A stretch of DNA of 64,000 nucleotides. Origin: Candidatus Woesearchaeota archaeon (lineage in GTDB: Archaea > Nanobdellota > Nanobdellia > Woesearchaeales > GCA-2686295). Under the pieces are notes generated by a model, which did no database searches, had not been told where the DNA came from, and saw only the letters and a program-made list of their open reading frames with translations. Positions 40,471-50,189 of the stretch are shown here, in pieces. Position 1 is the first letter of the stretch. Each line of letters starts with the position of its first letter. The position numbers and the translations under genes are program-made. The stretch is from NCBI GenBank assembly GCA_013202845.1, contig JABMPT010000005.1:71308-135307 (forward strand), read 5' to 3'.

Positions 40471-41765
40471 CTTCCTACTCCTACATATTTAAATCCATAT
40501 GCGCGAACTGTATCAGGATTATAAATGTTTCTACCGTCAACTATTATCTTTTTTCTCATTAATTTTTTCATTAATTCAAAATCAGGTTCTCTAAACTGAT
40601 CCCACTCAGTTACAATTATTAAAGCATCTGCCCCTTTAATTGCCTGATAAGCATCATCAATAAAATTAATGCCTTTTAAAAAGTGTTTGGCCTCTGGGAT
40701 TGCTTCTGGATCATAAGCATAAACTTCTGCATACTCATTTTTCAACTGTTCAATAATCATAATTGATGGAGCGTCCCTCATATCATTTGTTCTTGGTTTG
40801 AAAGAGAGTCCCCAAACTGCAATTCTCCTATTTTCTAAATTAGGTAAGAATTTTTTTAGTTTTGGAACTATGGACTTCTTCTGTCTTTCATTGACATAAT
40901 CAACAGCTCTCAATATATTTGAAGGATGACTATGTTGCTCCAGTGTTTGAGCTAAAGCTCTGACATCTTTTGGAAAACAAGAACCTCCATAACCTGCACC
41001 TGCCTGCAAGAATCTTGAGCCAATTCTTTTATCAAGACCTATTCCTCTTGCAACATCTTTTATGTTTGCTCCTGTTGATTCACATAAATAAGACAATTCA
41101 TTCATAAAACTTATTCTTGTAGCTAGCATCGCGTTAGCAGCGTATTTTATTATTTCAGAAGTTTTTGTATCTGTAACCATAAAAGGACTATTGACTCTAA
41201 CAACTGCTTTATACAGCTCATGCATTATCAATTTCGCTCTTTCAGAATTTGTTCCAATAATAACTCTATCAGGATTTTGAAAATCCTTGACAGCGGCTCC
41301 TTCTCTCAAAAATTCTGGATTTGATACAACATCAAAAGGAACTTCCTGTTTTTGATTGTCTCTTATTATTCTCTCTACTTTTTCAGCTGTTCCTACAGGA
41401 ACAGTGCTTTTAGTTACTACAACTTTATAGCTGTTCATGTAAGTTCCAATACTTTTTGCAACAGAGAAAACAAATTCTAGATTAGCTTCCCCTGTATGCT
41501 TTTGAGGAGTTCCTACACATATGAATATAACTTCAGATTTTTCAATAGCTTGCTTTGCATTGGTAGAAAAGACTAACCTTTTTTCTTTATTGTTCCTTAG
41601 AACTAATTCTTTTAAACCAGGTTCATAAAAAGGCATTTTACCTTTGTTCAATGCTTTTATTTTATCCTTATCAATATCGACACATATAACTTGGTTTCCT
41701 AAATCTGCAAAACAAGTTCCTGTTACAAGACCTACATATCCTGCTCCAAAAATAGCTATTCTCAT
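40467..41765 (-). CDS. ugd: UDP-glucose 6-dehydrogenase
   Basis: GAGYVG, KSTVP, SNPEFLREG, GYGGSCFPKD. Confidence 0.93.
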   Translation of the reverse strand: MRIAIFGAGYVGLVTGTCFADLGNQVICVDIDKDKIKALNKGKMPFYEPGLKELVLRNNKEKRLVFSTNAKQAIEKSEVIFICVGTPQKHTGEANLEFVFSVAKSIGTYMNSYKVVVTKSTVPVGTAEKVERIIRDNQKQEVPFDVVSNPEFLREGAAVKDFQNPDRVIIGTNSERAKLIMHELYKAVVRVNSPFMVTDTKTSEIIKYAANAMLATRISFMNELSYLCESTGANIKDVARGIGLDKRIGSRFLQAGAGYGGSCFPKDVRALAQTLEQHSHPSNILRAVDYVNERQKKSIVPKLKKFLPNLENRRIAVWGLSFKPRTNDMRDAPSIMIIEQLKNEYAEVYAYDPEAIPEAKHFLKGINFIDDAYQAIKGADALIIVTEWDQFREPDFELMKKLMRKKIIVDGRNIYNPDTVRAYGFKYVGVGR

Positions 41766-41814
41766 ATATTCACTGGCGAATAATGACTTATTTATATGTC
41801 TTCTCTAAAAATTT

Positions 41815-41830
41815 GAGAAAGCTTTATAAA
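41815..41830 (+). promoter_or_regulatory. BRE/TATA promoter of the 5S rRNA gene
   Basis: GAGAAAGC-TTTATAAA about 22 nt upstream of the 5S sequence. Confidence 0.6.
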
Positions 41831-41852
41831 TAAAACATTGTTTTCTCCTCTT

Positions 41853-41963
41853 GGACGGTCATAGCGACGTGGTTCTACCCGATCCCGTTTCGATCTCGGA
41901 AGTCAAGCACGTCTACGTTCCAAGTGGTACTGCATTTTATGCGGGAAACTTGGATCGCTGTCC
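41853..41963 (+). rRNA. rrf: 5S ribosomal RNA (stand-alone, about 111 nt)
   Basis: GC-rich island with 5S fold: helix I GGACGG/CTGTCC, CATAGC, helix II GACGTG/CACGTC, CCCGATCCCGTTTCGATCTCGGAAGTCAAG, helix V TCCAAGT/ACTTGGA, loop E GGTA/GAA. Confidence 0.92.
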
Positions 41964-41966
41964 TCT

Positions 41967-42851
41967 TTAAATCTTTCTGATTTTCGCAACAAAGAAACCT
42001 TGCATTCCTGTTTTATGCGGCCAGAATCTCTTGCACTTCTTTATATCAGAATTCAATTTCTCTCCAAAAATATTTGTTAATCCAGAATCTCCTATAGAAA
42101 CATTTACTTCTTCAAGAGTTAAAGCGTCATATTTAGTCAACAACCAATTAATGTTCAATTCGTTTTCTTCAGGCTCTAAAGTACAAACGGAATAAACTAA
42201 AACACCGTTCTTCTTGAGAACTTTAACTCCCGCCCTCAACAGTTCTTTTTGTAATCTTGCTCTTTCCTGTATTCCCTCAAGAGTTCTTGTTTCAAACCAT
42301 TTTTCTTCATCAAAAAAATTTCCTGAACAAGGAGCATCCAATAATATCTTATCAAACTTCAAATCAAAGTCCTCTGCAAATCTTGCATCTTTCTTGTAAA
42401 TCAGAACGTTCTTCACTCCTAATCTCTCAACATTATTTCTTAATGATTCCAATCTTAAAACATTACTATCCAAAGCAATCACTGTTCCTTTGTTGTCCAT
42501 ATAAGAAGCCAGTTGGGTTGTTTTTCCGCCTGGTGCAGCAGACATGTCTAAAACCAAATCATTTGAAGAAGGATTCAGAACCATTGCAGGTATCTGACTG
42601 GCTGCTTCTTGAAGATAATAATATCCTTGCAGGTATTCGGGAGTGGCACCCAAAGAGAATTCTGCTTCATAGAAATATCCCTTGTCAAGAAAAGGAATCT
42701 TTGCTAACTTAACTTTTTTCTCTTTCAGTCTTGATACTAACTCTTTTTCAGAAATCTTTAAGGTATTGACTCTTATTGATCTCTTTAGTTTTATCTCTTT
42801 AGGATCAAATGTTTCTCCTAGTTGTTCATATCTTTTCAAAAAAACACTCAT
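41967..42851 (-). CDS. RsmB/NOL1/NOP2 RNA m5C methyltransferase
   Basis: RVNTLK, QEAAS, DMSAAPGGKT, LDAPCSG, YSVCT..PEENE. Confidence 0.92.
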   Translation of the reverse strand: MSVFLKRYEQLGETFDPKEIKLKRSIRVNTLKISEKELVSRLKEKKVKLAKIPFLDKGYFYEAEFSLGATPEYLQGYYYLQEAASQIPAMVLNPSSNDLVLDMSAAPGGKTTQLASYMDNKGTVIALDSNVLRLESLRNNVERLGVKNVLIYKKDARFAEDFDLKFDKILLDAPCSGNFFDEEKWFETRTLEGIQERARLQKELLRAGVKVLKKNGVLVYSVCTLEPEENELNINWLLTKYDALTLEEVNVSIGDSGLTNIFGEKLNSDIKKCKRFWPHKTGMQGFFVAKIRKI

Positions 42852-42923
42852 AGAAATATTAAAACAGCATCATTTTATAAATATTGGTAAAAGTTAAAAA
42901 GAGTTAATTATTATCTTTATCTT

Positions 42924-43904
42924 ATGTTCGACGTATTTGGAATTGGGAACCCTATGGTAGACGCACTCATAAAAGTTGACGAGCCCCATGTTATTGATCT
43001 TAATCTTAAAAAAGGGACTATGAAGCTTGTTGATGAGAAAACATCTGCTGACATTCTTGAGAAATTCGAAGATCATGAAGTGCTATTTGTGCCTGGAGGC
43101 GATGTTGTCAACACAGTAACAGGAGTAGTTAACCTTGGTGGAAGTGCTATTTTCTGCGGAAAAGTTGGAGTTGACAAACACGGATTACTAATCGAGGAAA
43201 CAATGACCAAAGACGGTGTTAAACCTGTACTAATCAAAGGTAAAGAAAAAACCGGTTCTGTTGTTTGCTTTATAACACCTGACCAAGAAAGAACTTTCAT
43301 AACCAATCTTGGCACTTCAATTACTTTGAATGAAGAAGAAGTTATTGTTGACGACATAAAGAATAGCAAAATCCTCTATGTAACTGGCTATATTCTTGAA
43401 GATAAAGGTCTTAGAAAAATGGCTATCAGAGCTTTAAATGAAGCAAAAAAACATGAAAAAACAATTGCTATCGATGTATCTGATCCTGCTCTTGTTGAAA
43501 GATGTAAGGAAGAGCTAAAAGACATCATCAAACAATACGCCAACATAGTATTTACTAACGAAGATGAAGCTTTTGCATTGACAGGAAAGAAAGAAAGGGG
43601 TGCTTTGGATGAGATAAGCAAGCTAGCAGATATAGCAATTGTGAAAACTGGAAAAAAAGGTTCTCTTATCAAGACAGAAGAGAAAATCTATGATATCCGT
43701 GGCTTCAAAGTTAACGCTGTTGATACAACAGGAGCCGGAGATATGTTTGCTGCAGGATTCTTGTTTGGAATTGCAAACAAATATTCTATTGAGAAAGCAG
43801 GATTAATAGCTAATTTTGCAGCTTCAAAAGTTGTTCAAGTTCTTGGTGCCAGATTACAAACATCTCTAAAGAATGAGATCAAAGAATTAGTTAAATCTCA
43901 ATAG
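42924..43904 (+). CDS. PfkB-family kinase (adenosine/inosine kinase-like)
   Basis: GIGNPMVD, PGG, NEDEA, DTTGAGD. Confidence 0.88.
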   Translation: MFDVFGIGNPMVDALIKVDEPHVIDLNLKKGTMKLVDEKTSADILEKFEDHEVLFVPGGDVVNTVTGVVNLGGSAIFCGKVGVDKHGLLIEETMTKDGVKPVLIKGKEKTGSVVCFITPDQERTFITNLGTSITLNEEEVIVDDIKNSKILYVTGYILEDKGLRKMAIRALNEAKKHEKTIAIDVSDPALVERCKEELKDIIKQYANIVFTNEDEAFALTGKKERGALDEISKLADIAIVKTGKKGSLIKTEEKIYDIRGFKVNAVDTTGAGDMFAAGFLFGIANKYSIEKAGLIANFAASKVVQVLGARLQTSLKNEIKELVKSQ

Positions 43905-44991
43905 TTATCTTTCCTTCCTTTTCACTTATCTGCTTGATAATCTTGTGTCCTTTTAATTTATCTTTTATTTCTTCCCAAGAATACTTCTTTCTTGCGGTGT
44001 TCAGATCATCTAATAATTTTTTTATCTGTTCATAATTTTCATAGATGAACTCTCCTTTTCTCTGATTTTCTTTTGCGCTTAGTTTTAACCCATCTATCGT
44101 TTGTTCTTGTTGGTCAATCACGAGTTGTACTCTCTCAACTTCTTCACTTTTCTTGTCTTCGCTTTCTTTCTTTTGACTTTCCATTATTTTTTTAGAGAAT
44201 TTAGAATCTATTGCTTCACTAAAAGATTGAAAATATTTTTTCTCCTCTTTTCCAAAGGTTTTTAATTCAAAAGGCAGAATTTCTTCTCCAACAGAATTAG
44301 CTTTTATTTTTTTAGAAAAAAGACCTTTTAGATATTTGTATAAAGTTTTGATTTCAGTTTCCTTTAATTCTTCTTTCTCTTTGTTTATCTTTGATAGAAG
44401 ACATAACTCTTCCGCATATAATCCTCCAAGACCAAAGTCAACAGCTAAAGTCTTGACAACTGAATCCTTATCAGATGTTTTTACAGCTTTAGAGAATTCT
44501 TTCTCATCTATCGAGAGAGTGTCTTTTTGTTGGGGTGGAAACTCATACTCTATTCCTCCTCTTACCGTCCTATCTCTCCACTTGTGACTTTCAAGAGCAC
44601 TTATAACTTTATAATCTTTATCACATAATACCAAGTTTCCATTGCTGAAAAGCTCAATTATCATGATAAAGAATTCTTCCTTTCCTTCAAAAGTTATTTC
44701 AACTATTCTTTCAAAATTCTTCTGAACTATCTTTTTTATAGTTGTACTTCCAAGTCTTTTTCTCAAAAACTTGCAGAATCCTGGTGGAGTTTCAGGAAAC
44801 TCTTCCTTGTGTTCTGTTAAATAAATTGCATTTGGACAAATTTTTAGAAACTTTTTTCCTTTTGCACGTACATGCATTGTTAACAGGAACTCTCTGTCTC
44901 TTTGATACACTTTATCTATCCTGCCCTCTATCAACTCCTGCAATTCTTTGACAAGATATATTAATTCCAAAGAAGTTATTTCTTCTTTCAT
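43891..44991 (-). CDS. NFACT/RqcH (FbpA-like) N-terminal half
   Basis: GRIDKVYQ, FCKFLRKRL, FERI, ELFSNGN, RTVR.G.EY.FP, GLGGLYAEE; ends mid coiled-coil. Confidence 0.82.
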   Translation of the reverse strand: MKEEITSLELIYLVKELQELIEGRIDKVYQRDREFLLTMHVRAKGKKFLKICPNAIYLTEHKEEFPETPPGFCKFLRKRLGSTTIKKIVQKNFERIVEITFEGKEEFFIMIIELFSNGNLVLCDKDYKVISALESHKWRDRTVRGGIEYEFPPQQKDTLSIDEKEFSKAVKTSDKDSVVKTLAVDFGLGGLYAEELCLLSKINKEKEELKETEIKTLYKYLKGLFSKKIKANSVGEEILPFELKTFGKEEKKYFQSFSEAIDSKFSKKIMESQKKESEDKKSEEVERVQLVIDQQEQTIDGLKLSAKENQRKGEFIYENYEQIKKLLDDLNTARKKYSWEEIKDKLKGHKIIKQISEKEGKITIEI

Positions 44992-45034
44992 AAAGCCCAT
45001 AAAGAACAAGTATTTTTTAAAGCTTTAGAATTAA

Positions 45035-45730
45035 TCAGAAATTCTTTTTCATAAAAGCTTCTACTTTTGGTATATCATCAAATTTACCTAAATCAACCCA
45101 GCTCTCTAATTCTTTAACTTTAACCTTATTTTTCTTGGATAAAACATCTATTGCGGATGTCAATTCGTACTCCCCTCTTGAAGATTTTTTAATCTTCTTG
45201 AGAATATCAAATACTTCAGGAGTAAATTTATAGAGAGCAGCATTAATCAGATTTGTTTTAGGATTTTCAGGTTTTTCTTCGATTTCCACTAAAAGATCTC
45301 CTTTTGTTACAAGAACCCCAAACTTTTCAGGAGTTTCATGTTTCAAAGCATATACATAACTATAATCGTCTTCAAAATTTATGTTATTTAAATCGTTAAA
45401 TGAGTAATAATTATCTCCCATGAGGACAACAAAACTCTTTTTTATATGTGCATCTAATAATTTAACAGCATGACCTGTTCCTAATCTTTTTAGTTGATGA
45501 ATAAATTTTATTTCAAAATTAAAACTATTTTTACTGAAGAATTCTTCTACTTTGTCCTTCTTATGTCCAACTACTATGTAGACTCTTTCATATCCTGCTT
45601 TTTCGAGATTTTTAAGAACATAATAAAGAAAAGGTTTTCCGTTTATTTCAACTAATGGCTTAGGAACATATTTTGTTAAAGGCAGCATACGAATCCCTTT
45701 TCCTGCTGCTAAAATTACTGCTTGCTTCAT
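45035..45730 (-). CDS. Sugar-phosphate nucleotidyltransferase
   Basis: ILAAGKGIRM.PLT..VPKPL, GTGHA, EKP, RGEYELT. Confidence 0.9.
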   Translation of the reverse strand: MKQAVILAAGKGIRMLPLTKYVPKPLVEINGKPFLYYVLKNLEKAGYERVYIVVGHKKDKVEEFFSKNSFNFEIKFIHQLKRLGTGHAVKLLDAHIKKSFVVLMGDNYYSFNDLNNINFEDDYSYVYALKHETPEKFGVLVTKGDLLVEIEEKPENPKTNLINAALYKFTPEVFDILKKIKKSSRGEYELTSAIDVLSKKNKVKVKELESWVDLGKFDDIPKVEAFMKKNF

Positions 45731-45761
45731 ACTATAAGAAAAATTATTTGTTTATAAAAAG

Positions 45762-46316
45762 CTATCGACCACTCTCTTCTTGTTCAATTTTAACAGCGAG
45801 TGTAAAGAAATAATCACTTAGCCTATTAATGTACTTGTAAACTGATGATCTTATTCTGTCATCTCTCAAATATTCAGTAAGAGTTCGTTCTAATTTTCTT
45901 GTTCTGACTCTTGTTTCATTAACATCTATGGCCACTAGATGTGTAAAACGCTGAAAAGAGTCTAATTTAAGCTCGAAAGCATCAATTGATTTTTCCAAGT
46001 CCAAAACATCTGATTCATCGATTGGTTGTTTAACCAAGCCACCAACAGTGTGTTGGGATAACTCTCCACCTAGCTGCCACAACAATAATTGTATTCTAAA
46101 CAACATAGTCTTTTGTCCTTCTAACAAAGGACTGTACTTAGCATAAGCTATTATTTTGTCAATTATTGTTTGCAAAGAATCAACATCTCCATGAACTTCT
46201 ATAAGGCAGTGGTCTTTTGGAAGAACATCTCCTTTCAAAGTACCTGTAAAACCTTCATCACCTGCTAAAGTATATATTTTAGATAAGGTCTTTTTTGAGC
46301 TAGTTGTTTTTTTCAT
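45762..46316 (-). CDS. pduO: ATP:cob(I)alamin adenosyltransferase (PduO type)
   Basis: KIYT.AGD.G.T, GDVD, R..ER, YINRLSDYFF. Confidence 0.85.
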   Translation of the reverse strand: MKKTTSSKKTLSKIYTLAGDEGFTGTLKGDVLPKDHCLIEVHGDVDSLQTIIDKIIAYAKYSPLLEGQKTMLFRIQLLLWQLGGELSQHTVGGLVKQPIDESDVLDLEKSIDAFELKLDSFQRFTHLVAIDVNETRVRTRKLERTLTEYLRDDRIRSSVYKYINRLSDYFFTLAVKIEQEESGR

Positions 46317-46322
46317 TTCTCC

Positions 46323-48896
46323 CTACTTAGCATCACAGGAACCTGTGAAGCCGCAGTTTTTTGAACATTGGGTGCAGCCACCAACTTTAACCATGACTCC
46401 TTCTCTACAAGAAGGACAAATATTGTCAGGTTGAGAACCATAAATGATGTCTTCTTTATTAAGCTTTAGTGCTTCAGAAATTTTTTTTGAGCCTTTTTTG
46501 GCTGACTCAACATTTTTTTTCTCAGTATCTGCGGAAGTAGATAGAACCTGTTCACTTCTACTCTTATCTCTATATATGGTTACTCCTTTACATCCGAGGT
46601 CATATGCTGTTTCATACACTTCTCTCGTTTGTTCAAAGGTAAAATCAGAAGGTGCATTAGCTGTCTTGCTTATCGATGAACAAGTCCATTTCTGAACAGC
46701 AGCTTGAACCTTGATGTGTTCAATAGGTGTTAAATCCATTGCACTAACAAAATATTTTGGAAGTTTTCCATCTCTCAAGTATTCTTTTGCAAGAGGAATA
46801 CTGACTTTATGGAATCCTATTCTTGACTGTTGGTAAAACTCAAAAGCATAATATGGTTCTATACCTGTAGATGTTGCAAGCATTGTCCCAACTGTTCCCG
46901 TAGGCGCTTGAGTTGTTAAGGTCACATTTCTAATCCCATTCCTTTTAATCATTGATTGTATCTCCTCAGAAAGTGTTTTCACAAAACCACTTTGCATAAA
47001 TTTGTCGGTATCAAATTTTGGAAATGGACCTTTTTCTTTTGCTATTCGAGTTGACTCTTTGTACATTTCAAAACAAATTGTTTTGTATATTCTGTCAATA
47101 AAAGGTAAGCTTTTACTAGAGCCATATCTTATCCTCAATTTTATTAATAACTCTCCAAGACCCAATGTTCCACCACCTATCCTTCTTTCTTTTTTCTGAT
47201 TCTCTTCATTTTCTTTGAAATGATAAGGTGTGACATCTATAACATTATCCAAGAACCTTGTCAGTATTCTTGCTGCTTTCTTCAATGCATCCCAGTTCAT
47301 TTTATACAAAGATCCTTCCTTATCTGCACCTATTTTTTCAGCAAAAGAAGCCAAGTACAAATGACCTAGATTACAAACTCCCCAGCCAGGTAATCCTTGC
47401 TCTCCACAAGGATTAGTTGATATCAACTTGTTGAAATAGTGAGAATTACTTAACTTGTTGTATCTTTCCATGAACACTACTCCTGGTTCTGCACTTGCCC
47501 AAGCAGATTCTACAAGTTTATTCCACATTGTTCTCGCCTTAATTTTTTTGTAGACTTTTATAGGATAATTTTTTCTTTTCCATTCATCAATGTCTCCATC
47601 CCATTCATCATCATACAAATCACTATATGCAGAGTGTTCATAATCAGGATATTCTAAATTCCAAATTTTATCCTTCTTCATTGCATCCATGAATCTATCA
47701 GATACCATAACTGATATGTTAGCATTCTCTATCACACCAGCAGTTCTTTTTGAATCTATAAACTCTAAAATATCCGGATGCCAATCAGCCAGCATCAACA
47801 TTAATGCTCCTCTTCTAGAACCTCCTTGCTCTATCAAACCAGTTGTGTAAGAATACAATCCTCCCCAAGATACAGATCCTGAAGATTTACCATGAACTCC
47901 TCTAACATAAGCATATCTGGGCCTCAAAGTTGAAAGTGATATCCCGACTCCACCACCCCTTGACATTATCTCCGTCATTTGATAAAGCGTCTCTTTAACT
48001 ATAGATTCTCTTGAATCTTTAGGCGATGGAAGTACATAGCAATTATACAAAGTTAAGTTAGATGTGTATCTTCCATATTGGTCAACATTTGCACCAGTCA
48101 TTATCCTGCCTGCTGGCTGGATGTGATTCTGTTTCAACTCATCCCAAAACAACTCAAACCATTTCTGTTTTAAATCTGCAGTTTTCTCTCCAGAAGCTAT
48201 GGCCTTTGATACTCTTTTATAAGCACTGTCAATACTTTCTAAAGGCTTTTCACATCTCCATTTGCTTTGTTTGTATTCATAATTCTTTTTTGGATCTGCT
48301 TGTACTCCTGTGATCATATGAATAATCAACTTATCATCAGACAATACTTTTTTTATAACTCCCACATCTTTTTTTGGATACTTAGGATCTTCTTTTGTTA
48401 CAACAACCACGAGATCACCTAAACCGATATCTCCTTTCCTTGACTTAATAGCATATCTGTCAAGGAAAATCGCTCTTCCAAGTTCATCGAGTTGCCTTGA
48501 ATTGTTTAGAACATCTATTGCTTGCTTGGTTAATGGTATCCCTAGTTTCTTTAGTTTTTTAACATCCTTTGAATCAACTTCCTTTTTCTTCGAAGCTCTG
48601 ATCTCCTTCCTCTTAGCTCTATAAAGAATGTATGCTTTGGCTGTTTTTGCATAGCCATCTTCTATAAGCATCTTCTCAACTAAATCCTGAATTTGCTCAA
48701 TCTCAGGTATTTTATTTTTAAAATTTTTCTCAAGAGTTTTTACAACTTGATCAGCTATTTTCTCTGAAAGTCTTTTATCCTTTCCTCCAATTGCCTGTGC
48801 AGCTTTAAATATTGCATAAGTTATCTTTTCTTGACTAAAAGGGACTATTCTACCATCTCTTTTTTTCACATACTCTACATTAATTTCCCTTTTCAT
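46323..48896 (-). CDS. nrdJ: Adenosylcobalamin-dependent (class II) ribonucleotide reductase with ATP cone
   Basis: VKKRDG ATP cone, PAGRI, NCYV, TNPCGEQ, CNLG, APTGT, C-terminal CxxC..CxxC. Confidence 0.92.
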   Translation of the reverse strand: MKREINVEYVKKRDGRIVPFSQEKITYAIFKAAQAIGGKDKRLSEKIADQVVKTLEKNFKNKIPEIEQIQDLVEKMLIEDGYAKTAKAYILYRAKRKEIRASKKKEVDSKDVKKLKKLGIPLTKQAIDVLNNSRQLDELGRAIFLDRYAIKSRKGDIGLGDLVVVVTKEDPKYPKKDVGVIKKVLSDDKLIIHMITGVQADPKKNYEYKQSKWRCEKPLESIDSAYKRVSKAIASGEKTADLKQKWFELFWDELKQNHIQPAGRIMTGANVDQYGRYTSNLTLYNCYVLPSPKDSRESIVKETLYQMTEIMSRGGGVGISLSTLRPRYAYVRGVHGKSSGSVSWGGLYSYTTGLIEQGGSRRGALMLMLADWHPDILEFIDSKRTAGVIENANISVMVSDRFMDAMKKDKIWNLEYPDYEHSAYSDLYDDEWDGDIDEWKRKNYPIKVYKKIKARTMWNKLVESAWASAEPGVVFMERYNKLSNSHYFNKLISTNPCGEQGLPGWGVCNLGHLYLASFAEKIGADKEGSLYKMNWDALKKAARILTRFLDNVIDVTPYHFKENEENQKKERRIGGGTLGLGELLIKLRIRYGSSKSLPFIDRIYKTICFEMYKESTRIAKEKGPFPKFDTDKFMQSGFVKTLSEEIQSMIKRNGIRNVTLTTQAPTGTVGTMLATSTGIEPYYAFEFYQQSRIGFHKVSIPLAKEYLRDGKLPKYFVSAMDLTPIEHIKVQAAVQKWTCSSISKTANAPSDFTFEQTREVYETAYDLGCKGVTIYRDKSRSEQVLSTSADTEKKNVESAKKGSKKISEALKLNKEDIIYGSQPDNICPSCREGVMVKVGGCTQCSKNCGFTGSCDAK

Positions 48897-49043
48897 TACA
48901 ACACCTCACTTGTTCATTAACTTCTAACTTCTTTAATACTTTTTGGTGATGCATAATATATTTCACAAAATAAATTATCAAAAAACAACTAAAAAATGAT
49001 TGTTTGAAAACCTTTATATAATAAACAAAAATATTACAAAAAT

Positions 49044-50159
49044 ATGAAAGGAATAGTTATAACAGACAAAGGATTAGAAGAAACAGCTTTAAAAGAAATA
49101 GTTGAGAAAATAAAATCAAAAGGGAAAATAGAAGAAACAGTTGTGAAGTTCGAAATAAAAAAAGAAGAAGAATTATGCAAATTGGCTTATACTTGCCAAT
49201 CACTAAGAAGAGTTTTACTGTTGTTTAAAGAATTTAAAGTTGAGAAGAAACTTGAAAAAAACATTGCTTTAATAAAAAAAATTAACTTGAAAAAATACTC
49301 TTCTGAAAAAGTTTCTGTTGAATGTGAACGCTATGGAGAACATAGTTTCAATAGCGTAGATTTTGCAAGAGAAACTAGTAAAATATTGGATGACAAGGGT
49401 TTTAAAGTTTTGAGAAAAGAGAATGATCTCATTTTCTATGTGTACATATACAATAACAAAGGATACTTCTGCTTAGATTTTTCTGGCAGAGATCTCAGCA
49501 AAAGGAATTACAGAATATTCACAAAGCCAGGCTCACTTAAGGGAACCCTCGGATTCGGTCTTGTGAAGATGTCAGGATACAAGGTTGGAGAAATTATTGT
49601 TGATCCATATTGCGAGTCAGGAGTTATACCTATAGAAACAGCATTATTTGCAAGTAAGAAGCCAGTTAACTTTTACAAAAAAGAGTTTGCTTTTAAGAAA
49701 ATAAACAAAAACTATGAGAAGATTTTTGAAAAAGAGGATAAAAAAACAAAAAAGAAAGTCAAAGATATATACGCCTTAGACAAAACATTGAAGAACATAA
49801 CCGACTCAAAGAAGAATGCAAAAATAGCAGGTGTTGACAAAAACATTAATTTTTCAAAAGCAGAAATTGAGTGGCTAGACACTAAGTTTGAAAAAGAGTC
49901 TGTTGATAAAATAGTCACAAAACTTCCTTCAGAATCAAAAAAACTATCCCAAAAAGTAATTGGAAAAATATATCAAGAAATGTTCTACCAAGCAGAATTC
50001 GTACTGAAGAAGAAAGGTGTTATGGTTATTTGCACTATGAAAAATGGCTTGCTGAAACAACTCAGCGACAAGAAAAACTTTGAAATAGTTGATGAAAAAA
50101 AGATGTTCTCTGGACAGCAAGAATACTTTATCACTATTTTCAAAAAAGTTTATAAATAA
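49044..50159 (+). CDS. THUMP-domain RNA methyltransferase-like protein (Trm14/RlmL-like, degenerate motifs)
   Basis: GLE, LDFSGRDLSKRNYR, DPYCESG, VTKLP. Confidence 0.75.
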   Translation: MKGIVITDKGLEETALKEIVEKIKSKGKIEETVVKFEIKKEEELCKLAYTCQSLRRVLLLFKEFKVEKKLEKNIALIKKINLKKYSSEKVSVECERYGEHSFNSVDFARETSKILDDKGFKVLRKENDLIFYVYIYNNKGYFCLDFSGRDLSKRNYRIFTKPGSLKGTLGFGLVKMSGYKVGEIIVDPYCESGVIPIETALFASKKPVNFYKKEFAFKKINKNYEKIFEKEDKKTKKKVKDIYALDKTLKNITDSKKNAKIAGVDKNINFSKAEIEWLDTKFEKESVDKIVTKLPSESKKLSQKVIGKIYQEMFYQAEFVLKKKGVMVICTMKNGLLKQLSDKKNFEIVDEKKMFSGQQEYFITIFKKVYK

Positions 50160-50189
50160 TTAATTCTATAAATTTCTAGGGGTGAAAAC

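Noticed and set aside
46323..48896. Intein in the ribonucleotide reductase
   Set aside because: No intein terminal motifs (C/S start, HN-C/S/T end) or LAGLIDADG blocks were seen, and the length fits an intein-free NrdJ.
48940..48975. NrdR-box-like sequence upstream of nrdJ
   Set aside because: Poor match to the palindromic consensus; more simply explained as a TATA region.
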